From Pseudomonadales bacterium (GTDB taxonomy: Bacteria > Pseudomonadota > Gammaproteobacteria > Pseudomonadales > Azotimanducaceae): DNA of 64,000 nucleotides. Positions 1 through 8,358 of the stretch are shown here, piece by piece (position 1 is the first letter of the stretch; the number at the start of each line of letters is the position of its first letter). The DNA lies in assembly GCA_965199815.1 (NCBI GenBank), contig CBDATE010000010.1:26384-90383 (forward strand), given 5' to 3'. Under the pieces are notes generated by a model. It searched no databases. It saw only the letters and a program-made list of their open reading frames with translations, and had not been told where the DNA came from. A program made the position numbers and the translations under genes.

Positions 1-915
1 CGTTTCCGCAATCACTTGTACGCCTGCACACGCCGCTTGAGCAAAGAGTTCGGCGAGCCGGGTCTGGCCTCGCGGGTGCAGGTGTGCTTCGGGATTTTCG
101 ATGACACACAGGGAACCGGGTTTCGCGAGCAGCGCCGTCAGCACCGGCAGGGTGTAGGACAGGCCGAACCCGACATTGGTAGGACGAAAGCTGCGGGTGG
201 CGATGTCCTTGCGACGAGCAAACGAAAATCCGGCAACCAGCATATCCGCCTGGACAATCCTGTCACCGATTTTCAGTTGTGCTCCCGGACTCACCACAGT
301 CAACCAACGATTGATGATCGCAAGCAGCCGCCCGCCATCATCAGGAGTCGAGCGAGGGTCATTGTCGGCTAACGCCTCCTGCTGCTCGCTCAGATAGTTC
401 ATGACGAACTCTCCGCGCGCCCCCAATTCCCCCTGTCTCGCCATTGACTCCGAGCGAGAGTAGGACTTGCGCGGACCGATTCTCTCGGCATTGACGTACA
501 GCAGGTCGCCACCAAAAGGCGGCTCCTGTATCGACTGGACTCTTTGCTCGGATGCACCCGTTGAAGCCGCGAGATGATCTCCGCGGATGCCCAGGTCCGG
601 GTGCGCCTGAAATGTCATCTCCCAATCAGTAACCTTGTCCGAGAACGCAAGTCCGAACTTCAGCGCATCGCTGTCGGCATCTTCATGCAGAGCGTCTTCG
701 ATGTTGCCGATCTCGACCAGAGCGCCGTTGAGTTCAAGTCTTGGTGGATCTTCGAGCAGCGCACGGGCCTGCATGGACTGACGCAACAGGAGCAGAGATT
801 GCAACACACTGCTTTTGCCCGTGCCATTCAACCCGGAGAGAATCGTCAGAGGCGCACAGGGAAGCGAGAGCGCCTTGAAAGCCTTGAAATTCTCGAGCCT
901 GACGAGAGTGATCAC
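1..915 (-). CDS. AAA/ABC-type ATPase (AAA15/DUF3696-like); 3' end lies outside the window
   Basis: From my own minus-strand translation; it is absent from the ORF track because the ORF runs off the window. GTG at 915..913 gives (M)ITLVRLENFKAFKALSLPCAPLTILSGLNGTGKSSVLQSLLLLRQ (Walker A GxxGxGKS), later CVIENPEAHLHPRGQTRLAELF (Walker B/D-loop-like). The GTG overlaps the TGA of the upstream DUF262 gene (GTGA at 912-915). Confidence 0.7.
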   Translation of the reverse strand, partial: MITLVRLENFKAFKALSLPCAPLTILSGLNGTGKSSVLQSLLLLRQSMQARALLEDPPRLELNGALVEIGNIEDALHEDADSDALKFGLAFSDKVTDWEMTFQAHPDLGIRGDHLAASTGASEQRVQSIQEPPFGGDLLYVNAERIGPRKSYSRSESMARQGELGARGEFVMNYLSEQQEALADNDPRSTPDDGGRLLAIINRWLTVVSPGAQLKIGDRIVQADMLVAGFSFARRKDIATRSFRPTNVGFGLSYTLPVLTALLAKPGSLCVIENPEAHLHPRGQTRLAELFAQAACAGVQVIAET

Positions 916-2321
916 GCCAGACACTCCCTGATCAAATCGTCAACGCGACCAAATCTGGTTTTCACCCGCTTGTAGTCTCCCGTGGTGTTGGAGATAGCCG
1001 CCACATAGTCCTGATCGCCCATCAGGCGGAAGAGCCCCTCTTGCACGGCTTTCCTGTTGCTCGCGAGGCGTACGCGTTGATCCGGTGAAAGCCGCGCCAG
1101 GCCAACGCCCCAGACTTCAAACAGCGCCTTGTTGATGGGGCGCTTTCTGTCTTGAAGACTCGAGCGTTTTCGAAACGCGTAGTCCCCGAATAGCCTGTGA
1201 GCCGTGCGCATCGCATCCCGAAAGGCTGTTTCCATCCACTCACGCTCTTCGGAATTGGTTCGATTTATGCGCTCCATGGTGCGATTGAGCCAAGGGTCAA
1301 GGTCATCGCTTACCCCGTATTCTTGCCAACGGCGCGGATAGAAGGACAGGAAACGTAACACACACTCCTGATCTGCCAGGCGACTTGATCTAACAGATCT
1401 CTGAGTCGCTTTCAGAAAGTCCTCGGTTTCGGCCAGGCGTTTGAGGTATTTCAACACCGGACCTTGGGAATGGAGCGCATGCCTGATTTCCTGGCGTGTG
1501 AGTTGCATACCTCCGGTGTTGATGCGACTGAAAATATTGAAGGTGACCTCTCCGGGTGTCCCCGGCTGGATGACGTTCACGGATAGCTCCGTTTCATCGA
1601 TTCTGCGCTGCATGTTCCGAGGCAGGTCTCCGTACGTCATTCCCTCGAAGTCCCTCAAATATTCCAGCCCCTTGAGCTTGAAGCTCGCTCCCGAGACAAA
1701 CTCGAAAATCGAGGTCGTCCTTTGCAATCCGTCAACGACCGACCAATCGTCATTACTATCCGCAGAAAAATAAAACACGGGAATCGGAATACGCAGCAAG
1801 AGTGATTCAATGAGTCGGCTTTTTCGTTGTCTATCCCATATGCCCTCCTTGCGCTGAAACTCCGGCCGAATGATCTCCTTGTTCTCCATTCGTGTGACCA
1901 ACTGGCCGATTACAAGCTGCTTGTGCAAAACCTGGATTTTCTCCGGGTCGAATGGCTTGCGAATGGGCGCATCGCCTTCATCTTCACTCTCAACGCCATC
2001 TTCTTCACTTGGCAGGTTATCCAGATACCGATCCTGTTCATCTCCCAGTGAATAACCGCCCATCACCTTGACGTGCCTTCGCCCCTCATAGGGACTCTGG
2101 TGCCCCAGGGAAGCCGCCCACTCCTGTGGCGAATCGAATCGAGCGGCTCGCTCGCCCTTTTCTTCAACGGATCCATCAGATCGCAGAATCGCAACATGAT
2201 TCTGGCCACCTCGCTTCGCCCGACATTCAATCGACGAATTCGGCTTCAGATAGCCACTCTCCAACATCTTTTTCAATGTCTTCAGATCATCCATTTCCCT
2301 GTTCTCACTTATTGCTTGCAT
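912..2321 (-). CDS. DUF262 (ParB-like nuclease superfamily) protein with an extra ~130-aa N-terminal domain
   Basis: 469-aa ORF. It carries IPIPVFYFS...WSVVDGLQRTTSIFEF, a DGQQR-type DUF262 signature. I noticed no DUF1524/HNH-type C-terminal motif. It is translationally coupled to the downstream ATPase. Confidence 0.7.
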   Translation of the reverse strand: MQAISENREMDDLKTLKKMLESGYLKPNSSIECRAKRGGQNHVAILRSDGSVEEKGERAARFDSPQEWAASLGHQSPYEGRRHVKVMGGYSLGDEQDRYLDNLPSEEDGVESEDEGDAPIRKPFDPEKIQVLHKQLVIGQLVTRMENKEIIRPEFQRKEGIWDRQRKSRLIESLLLRIPIPVFYFSADSNDDWSVVDGLQRTTSIFEFVSGASFKLKGLEYLRDFEGMTYGDLPRNMQRRIDETELSVNVIQPGTPGEVTFNIFSRINTGGMQLTRQEIRHALHSQGPVLKYLKRLAETEDFLKATQRSVRSSRLADQECVLRFLSFYPRRWQEYGVSDDLDPWLNRTMERINRTNSEEREWMETAFRDAMRTAHRLFGDYAFRKRSSLQDRKRPINKALFEVWGVGLARLSPDQRVRLASNRKAVQEGLFRLMGDQDYVAAISNTTGDYKRVKTRFGRVDDLIRECLA

Positions 2322-2350
2322 TCCACGAAACCCGCAGCCCTACGTATGTT

Positions 2351-3205
2351 CTGATCAAGTCCATCCGTGGACTTGATCAGATTCGCAAATCAGAAATGCG
2401 CTACAGCGGGCACTTCCATGTGCCCGCCCCTGCGGGCGGCTCCGCCGTGCATTTTTGCTGTCCTGCAAAAATGTCAGCGGGCACTTCCTTGTGCCCGCCC
2501 CTGCGGGCGGCTCCGCCGTGCATTTTTGCTGTCCTGCAAAAATGTCAGCGGGCACTTCCATGTGCCCGCCCCTGCGGGCGGCTCCGCCGTGCATTTTTGC
2601 TGTCCTGCAAAAATGTCAGCGGGCACTTCCTTGTGCCCGCCCCTGCGGGCGGCTCCGCCGTGCATTTTTGCTGTCCTGCAAAAATGTCAGCGGGCACTTC
2701 CATGTGCCCGCCCCTGCGGGCGGCTCCGCCGTGCATTTTTGCTGTCCTGCAAAAATGTCAGCGGGCACTTCCATGTGCCCGCCCCTGCGGGCGGCTCCGC
2801 CGTGCATTTTTGCTGTCCTGCAAAAATGTCAGCGGGCACTTCCATGTGCCCGCCCCTGCGGGCGGCTCCGCCGTGCATTTTTGCTGTCCTGCAAAAATGT
2901 CAGCGGGCACTTCCATGTGCCCGCCCCTGCGGGCGGCTCCGCCGTGCATTTTTGCTGTCCTGCAAAAATGTCAGCGGGCACTTCCATGTGCCCGCCCCTG
3001 CGGGCGGCTCCGCCGTGCATTTTTGCTGTCCTGCAAAAATGTCAGCGGGCACTTCCTTGTGCCCGCCCCTGCGGGCGGCTCCGCCGTGCATTTTTGCTGT
3101 CCTGCAAAAATGTGCTGATTTGCTCGCAGATTCAATGCCTTACGGCACTGAATCTGGCGGCACATCCATGTGCCGCACGGGAAACTCTGTTATTCAGAGT
3201 TTCCC
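2351..3205. repeat. Composite palindromic (REP-like) element carrying an internal tandem array
   Basis: The left arm is a 13-bp-stem hairpin, CTGATCAAGTCCA-tccg-TGGACTTGATCAG (2351-2380). The right arm is CGGCACAT-cc-ATGTGCCG followed by GGGAAACTCTG-ttatt-CAGAGTTTCCC (3179-3205). The two arms together match the ~85-bp solo element at 38612-38700 in reverse orientation, at about 85% identity by eye. A 9-bp inverted repeat, GCAAATCAG (2385-2393) / CTGATTTGC (3115-3123), brackets the array. Confidence 0.8.
2404..3113. repeat. Tandem array: 10 head-to-tail copies of a 71-bp unit
   Basis: Unit: cagcgggcacttccatgtgcccgcccctgcgggcggctccgccgtgcatttttgctgtcctgcaaaaatgt. Units start at 2404, 2475, 2546 and so on to 3043, an exact 71-bp period. 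The only variation I see is A/T at one loop position (ttccat vs ttcctt in units 2, 4 and 10). Each unit contains the hairpins GCGGGCAC-N6-GTGCCCGC, CCGCCC-ctgc-GGGCGG and CATTTTTGC-tgtcct-GCAAAAATG. Confidence 0.95.
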
Positions 3206-3972
3206 TACTCCCCGAGCAAGACCGCCTTGGCGCGGTTGACGACCGCGGCCAGATAATCGGAACCGCCAAGGTCCGGGTGCAGTCTTTGCATGAGCTGCCT
3301 GTAGGCAGCGCGCACTTCCTTGTGGCTCGCACCTTCGTTCAGTCCGAGGATTCGCAGCGCTTCATCCCTGGTCATGTGGCCACCTGCCACCCCGTCCGAG
3401 TGAGGCTCATCCTCGTCCACTGCGTCCGCCCCGTCTGCCTGGTCTCGCCAGCCCGCATGGTGTCGGTCCAGCCAGGCATCAAGCAGGCGCAGGGAGTCCG
3501 CCGAATCCTTCATGCTTTGCCTGAGCACCAGCAACTGCGACCAGTCAAGTTCACTCAAATGCTTGCCGAGATGCTCACCGAGAAGGATTTCGCCATCCAT
3601 GTGGCCGGTTGCATGATCGAGCGTCATACGCAGCCAGGTGCTGCGAACCTCGCTGGTTCGCGCTCCCCCCTGAGCGCCGCCAAAATCGCCCGCGCGAAAA
3701 CGGCTCACAAGGGCGCTGATCAGTTGCATACCTATAGGGGCCAGGCCACCGAGCAATGGTGCCCACCAGACGGAGGGGAATCTGAAGCCGAAGAACAGGA
3801 TGATGAGCACCGCCAGGAGTATGAACCCGGTGATCACGTACCTGTTGTAACCACCAGCCGAAGCGCCCGAACCTGATGCCTGGGCGGAACCTGAGGTCTT
3901 GAAGCGACTGATCAGGTAGCGCGTGACAAGCACGGCGAGGAGTCCGAGCAGGATGATCGGGATCAGCATCAT
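3205..3972 (-). CDS. Membrane protein with a C-terminal J domain (DjlA-like architecture, different middle region)
   Basis: 255-aa ORF with N-terminal hydrophobic helices (IPIILLGLLAVLV, ITGFILLAVLIILFFGF, APLLGGLAPIGMQLISALV). The C-terminal J domain has the HPD motif (EALRILGL...YRQLMQRLHPDLGG). Its ATG overlaps the TGA of the upstream VWA gene (ATGA at 3969-3972). Confidence 0.75.
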   Translation of the reverse strand: MMLIPIILLGLLAVLVTRYLISRFKTSGSAQASGSGASAGGYNRYVITGFILLAVLIILFFGFRFPSVWWAPLLGGLAPIGMQLISALVSRFRAGDFGGAQGGARTSEVRSTWLRMTLDHATGHMDGEILLGEHLGKHLSELDWSQLLVLRQSMKDSADSLRLLDAWLDRHHAGWRDQADGADAVDEDEPHSDGVAGGHMTRDEALRILGLNEGASHKEVRAAYRQLMQRLHPDLGGSDYLAAVVNRAKAVLLGE

Positions 3973-4730
3973 GGGCGCGGACTCGGCAGTTGCTCGAGCA
4001 CCTGACGGGCAGCGTCGGAGCCTTCCCGTTCCAGCAATTCGCGCCCGCCTACCGCGAAACTGACTGCCGCGCCCAAAAGCCGCCGCAGGTGTTCGGCGCT
4101 GCCGGAAGCAAAGGGAAGATGCGCGCCGCCCGTGAGCCTGGCGATCTTCGCGAACACCATGCTGGCTTGCGGGACATGTCCTTCCTGCAACAGGATGACC
4201 GGCGTGTTGAGCAGCGCCAGCTTGCCAGCGAGCGCGAGCACCTCATCTTCCGGCTCCTCGAAACAGTCTCCGACGAATATCAGCGCCTTGACTGGCTGCG
4301 TTGTGGCCTCGCGAGCAGCCTCCCGGAGCAGCCTGCCGATTTGCGTCATCCCGCCAGCACAGGACACGCGCTGCATCAGGCGAAGCAGCTTGCGCTTCGA
4401 GGTAATCCAGGGGCTCTTCCTGAGCTCACCGAGTCCACGGTAGAAGAGCAGCTGCACCGCGACCTCGCCGACTTCGCGCGCGGCGAGAAAGAGTTCCGAG
4501 TGCAGCGAACAGGCCATGTCCCAGGTAGGCTGCCGACTCGCTGTGGCATCAAGGGCAAACATGATGCGGTGCGTCTCCTCCTGACGGCGTGAGCAGGTCG
4601 GCAACCTTTTCGCCGTATTCAGGAAAGCATCTATGTCCTTGCTATTTTGACTGACAGGTGGACGCGCCATATGTTGCGACATGAAAGCGAGGCAGAGAGG
4701 TACAGAATACTGCACCAATCCCGCGCTCAA
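3969..4730 (-). CDS. Small cytoplasmic VWA-domain protein
   Basis: 253-aa ORF with a MIDAS-like IMFALDATASR (DxTxS), then ...GGMTQIG... and ...KALIFVGDCFEE, typical of a VWA Rossmann-like fold. The start codon choice is uncertain; several Met lie near the N-terminus. Confidence 0.65.
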   Translation of the reverse strand: MSAGLVQYSVPLCLAFMSQHMARPPVSQNSKDIDAFLNTAKRLPTCSRRQEETHRIMFALDATASRQPTWDMACSLHSELFLAAREVGEVAVQLLFYRGLGELRKSPWITSKRKLLRLMQRVSCAGGMTQIGRLLREAAREATTQPVKALIFVGDCFEEPEDEVLALAGKLALLNTPVILLQEGHVPQASMVFAKIARLTGGAHLPFASGSAEHLRRLLGAAVSFAVGGRELLEREGSDAARQVLEQLPSPRP

Positions 4731-4944
4731 CTCAATCTCGCAAATGTCGCGACATCGGGCGCGCCGCCGACCGCGAGGCGCGCGCGGGCACCGCGGGTGC
4801 CTGTATGCTCGCGACTCTCTCCTGCGCCGACCGCGAGGGACACTATAGACACAGCCTGTGGAGTATCAGGGCACCGCGAGGGGAAGTGATACACTTCGGG
4901 AAATGCTGCAAGGATGCAGTTGCAACGCACAAAGGAGGTCGCCA

Positions 4945-5894
4945 TTGCCTGTTCCTGACTTTCAATCGCTCATGCTGCCAGCACTCAAGGCACTGGCTGA
5001 CGGCACACCAACACCAATCGCGGAAGTCCGCGATCGCGTGGCCTCATCGGAAGGGATCAATCTTGCAGATCAGCGCGAGATGCTACGAAGCAATCGACAA
5101 CCCATCCTGGTAAACCGTGTGAGCTGGGCGATGACCCACATGGTGCATGCCGGCCTGCTGGAGCGAACCCGGCGGGGAGTGAAGCAAAGAGCGCCACGCA
5201 GTATCGATTGAAACCGAAGGGGAAACACCTGTTATCCCAGTCACCTTCTCACATCGACCTGAACCTGCTTCAGGGGTATTCGGATTACGCCACATGGAAA
5301 GGCACATGGTCGCAACCCATTCCCGCAAAGAATGCACCTTTCACACCAGCCAACGACTTGAGTGAGACACCAGAAGAAAGGCTGGAACATGCCGCGGAAG
5401 AATTACGAGCGTTGGTGGAAGAAGAAATCCTGCAACGTGTTCGGGAAGCAGAACCAGACTTTCTCGAGAAGACAGTCGTCGATCTGCTCATTGCAATGGG
5501 TTACGGCGGGGGCGATATCGAACGAGGTCGAGTGACAGGGGGCTCGGGTGACGGCGGTATTGATGGCACCATTCGCGAAGACGCACTCGGTCTGGACGAA
5601 ATTTATCTGCAGGCCAAGAAATACGGAGACGGCAATTCTGTCGGCGAAGGCGACCTGCGTAATTTTGCTGGTGCCATTGATGCCGCAGGCACCCACAAGG
5701 GGGTGTTTGTCACCACCGCCGGCTTCACCCGCGCTGCAAAGGACTATGTGCAGAAGATCCCGAAACGCATCATTCTCATTGACGGCACTGCACTTGCCCG
5801 CCTGATGGTCCACTATGGGGTCGGTGTGCGAACACGCAGTCAATACGAAATCAAACGTATTGATGAAGAGTATTTTGACGAGAACCCTCTGTGA
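4945..5894 (+). pseudogene. mrr: Mrr-family type IV restriction endonuclease, split by a frameshift near 5185-5208
   Basis: An AAGGAGG Shine-Dalgarno precedes TTG at 4945, giving (M)PVPDFQSLMLPALKALADG... (Mrr_N winged helix), which stops at 5211. A second frame, open across 5160-5208, continues SATQYRLKPKGKHLLSQSPSHIDL... and then the Mrr catalytic core (GGSGDGGIDG...EIYLQAKKY). Removing one base near 5187-5190 would join the two parts. Confidence 0.8.
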
Positions 5895-6105
5895 GTGCCT
5901 CGAAACGTTCAGCAATCGCAGACCGGGAGTACCCGCGACACATCCGCTCGCCCGTACCCTTCTGTAGCGCCTCGTCGCATCGCAGACAGCAGGCTGATGT
6001 TCAACGCAGCGTGTGAGATTACCCCGCTCGCACGTACAATACGCGCCTCGTATTCCTGAATTGACCGTGGCTCCCGATCGGGTGCCAGACCCCCAGCTAC
6101 ACACC

Positions 6106-7146
6106 ATGAGCAACTTCTTCGCATACGGACTCGGACTGGCACATCGGGATGAGGCGGGTACGCTTGATGTCTGGTTTGCCTTTCTCGGCTGTGCCGAGCG
6201 GCGCGCACCCGCCTTTGAAGCGCTCCTGCACCGGTACGCCACCACCGAAGTCACGCCCCTGTCGCAAGCGCTTGCCGGACAAATCCGGGCGACTCCGGAT
6301 GCTGAAACAGGGCACCTGTCAGACTTTCTCTCGGCGCTGCCCGCCGCCAACAAAACGGGCCAGGATCAGCTCCTGCCCGTCATCGTCTGCCTGCGCGAGG
6401 ATGCGCCCATCAAGACAGTCGAGGCAGCGTATCTCAAGCTGCACCTGCTCTCGGCGCGCCTCAAGCGGCCCAACAGCATGAATCTCGACGGTCTCTTCAG
6501 CACCCTGCCAACGCTCGCCTGGACCAACCTTGGCCCGGTACGCCCGCACCGCCTGCCAGCCCTCATCCTGCGCGAACGACTGCATGCCCGCACGTTGCAG
6601 GTGCGCTCACTGGACAAGTTCCCGGCCATGACCGACTATCTGGCACCCTCAGGTGTGCGTATCGGTGATGCCGCGCGCATACGTCTCGGTGCCTATCTCG
6701 GAGAAGGTGCCACCGTCATGCACGAGGGATTCGTCAATTTCAATGCCGGCGCACTGGGCCCCAACATGATCGAAGGCCGCATCAGTCAGGGCGTGGTGGT
6801 CGGTGCACACTCGGATCTTGGTGGCAGCGCCAGCACCATGGGCACCCTCGCGGGCGGCGGCACGGTACGCATCTCAATCGGTGCCCAGTGTCTGATCGGT
6901 GCCAACGCCGGCACCGGCATTTCGCTCGGCGACCGCTGCACGATTGAAGCCGGCCTGTATATCACCGCTGCAACACCCGTTCGCGTTCTCGACGCAAGTG
7001 GACATCCGGCAGGACAGGTGAAGGCGCGCGAGCTCTCCGGGCAGAGCGACCTGCTGTTCCTGCGCAACGGAGCTACCGGCAGCGTCGAGTGTCGCAGCAA
7101 CCGAACCGCCATAGAGCTCAACAAAACCCTGCACAGACACAACTGA
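6106..7146 (+). CDS. dapD: 2,3,4,5-tetrahydropyridine-2,6-dicarboxylate N-succinyltransferase (long form)
   Basis: It shows hexapeptide-repeat LbH sequence (GVRIGDAARIRLGAYLGEGATVMHEGFVNFNAGALGPNMIEGRISQGVVVG...). Adjacency to dapE supports the call. The start is taken at MSNFFAYG rather than the upstream Met at 6013. Confidence 0.8.
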   Translation: MSNFFAYGLGLAHRDEAGTLDVWFAFLGCAERRAPAFEALLHRYATTEVTPLSQALAGQIRATPDAETGHLSDFLSALPAANKTGQDQLLPVIVCLREDAPIKTVEAAYLKLHLLSARLKRPNSMNLDGLFSTLPTLAWTNLGPVRPHRLPALILRERLHARTLQVRSLDKFPAMTDYLAPSGVRIGDAARIRLGAYLGEGATVMHEGFVNFNAGALGPNMIEGRISQGVVVGAHSDLGGSASTMGTLAGGGTVRISIGAQCLIGANAGTGISLGDRCTIEAGLYITAATPVRVLDASGHPAGQVKARELSGQSDLLFLRNGATGSVECRSNRTAIELNKTLHRHN

Positions 7147-7236
7147 CCACACAACTGACACGCGCAACGGCTCGAGCAGCCGCTGCCCGAACGGAGTACC
7201 CGAGGCAATGCACAGATTCACGTGCGAGGCACAAAC

Positions 7237-8358
7237 ATGAACGCCCTGAATATCGCCAAGAAATTGATCGCGCGACGCTCGGTCACGCCGAAGGATGCCG
7301 GTTGTCAGGAGCTGATTGCAGAACAGCTTGAAGGCCTCGGCTTCGAGACCTGGTCTCTGCCCTTCGGCAAGGTGTCCAACCTGTGGGCAAGGCTGGGTAG
7401 CGAACCCCCGCTGTTTGTCTTTGCCGGCCATACAGATGTGGTTCCCCCGGGCCCGCGAGAAGCCTGGGACAGCCCGCCCTTCTCGCCGAGGGTGCGAGAC
7501 GGCTATCTCTACGGGCGCGGAGCAGCGGACATGAAGGGCGGCATCGCCGCCATGCTGGCCGCCACCGGGAACTTTCTGCATTCTGGCGAGATGCGCGGGT
7601 CTCTCGGCTTCCTCATCACCAGCGATGAGGAAGGTGATGCTCTGGACGGGACACTTCAGGTCATGCATGTACTCGCCGAAGAAGACGAACTGCCGGACTA
7701 TTGCCTGGTCGGGGAGCCTTCTTCAAGCAGGCAGGTCGGTGATACCCTGCGCCATGGTCGGCGCGGTTCGATGAACGGGCGCGTCACGCTGTTCGGCGTA
7801 CAGGGCCATGTGGCCTACCCGGAGGCGGCGCAAAACCCGATCAGCATGGCCGCGCGCATTATCCACGCCCTGAACAGCGAAACCTGGGGCGAGGACAGTG
7901 ACGACTTCCCGGCCACGCATCTCGAATTTTCCAACATCTCGGCGGGCACCGGTGCGAAGAATGTCATCCCCGGCAATCTGCAACTGGACCTCAACTTTCG
8001 ATTCTCGCCATCCGAGGATCATGAGTCGTTGCGTTGGCGTGTCGCAGAGATAGTTGGCGAACAGTGCGAAGACTTCGAGATCGACTGGATGGTAAGTGCC
8101 CTGCCGTTCCTGACCTCGGATCAGGACTTCACCTCGAATGTGGCGCGCGCCGTACAGGAAGTGACCGGCATCACGCCGAAGTTCGACACGGGAGGCGGTA
8201 CCTCGGATGCGCGCTTCATTGCCGCACACGGCTGCCCGGTCATGGAGCTGGGGCCTTGTAACGACACCATCCACAAGGTGAACGAGCGCATCCGTGTCGA
8301 AGAACTGGACACGCTCACCAATATCTACACCCGCATCCTGGAAATCATGCTGCGATGA
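7237..8358 (+). CDS. dapE: Succinyl-diaminopimelate desuccinylase
   Basis: The sequence is MNALNIAKKLIARRSVTPKDAGCQ...FAGHTDVVPPG...YGRGAADMKGG, showing M20 peptidase/DapE motifs. Confidence 0.9.
   Translation: MNALNIAKKLIARRSVTPKDAGCQELIAEQLEGLGFETWSLPFGKVSNLWARLGSEPPLFVFAGHTDVVPPGPREAWDSPPFSPRVRDGYLYGRGAADMKGGIAAMLAATGNFLHSGEMRGSLGFLITSDEEGDALDGTLQVMHVLAEEDELPDYCLVGEPSSSRQVGDTLRHGRRGSMNGRVTLFGVQGHVAYPEAAQNPISMAARIIHALNSETWGEDSDDFPATHLEFSNISAGTGAKNVIPGNLQLDLNFRFSPSEDHESLRWRVAEIVGEQCEDFEIDWMVSALPFLTSDQDFTSNVARAVQEVTGITPKFDTGGGTSDARFIAAHGCPVMELGPCNDTIHKVNERIRVEELDTLTNIYTRILEIMLR

Noticed and set aside
16-975. + strand ORFs 16..372, 176..397 and 574..975
   Set aside because: They are antisense to the Walker-A-containing ATPase ORF that I translated on the minus strand.
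2351-2380. Strong hairpins (2351-2380, 3179-3205, 29649-29678) as Rho-independent terminators
   Set aside because: None is followed by a T/U tract on either strand. They are better explained as REP-like palindromes, although some termination or RNA-stabilising activity cannot be excluded.
2404-3113. CRISPR array (regular ~71-bp periodicity with palindromic repeats)
   Set aside because: The whole 71-bp unit repeats almost identically, so there are no unique spacers. No cas genes or leader-like sequence are present in the window. It is a tandem repeat, not a repeat-spacer array.
2126-3876. Long + strand ORFs (330, 290 and 473 aa) and the ladder of 63-aa minus-strand ORFs running through the repeat array
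   Set aside because: They are artefacts of a stop-free periodic sequence. Because 71 is not divisible by 3, the same peptide recurs every 213 nt in all frames. The 473-aa ORF then continues antisense to the J-domain gene.
5403-6353. 316-aa minus-strand ORF spanning the mrr-dapD junction
   Set aside because: It overlaps two well-supported + strand genes in antisense, and I recognised no motif.
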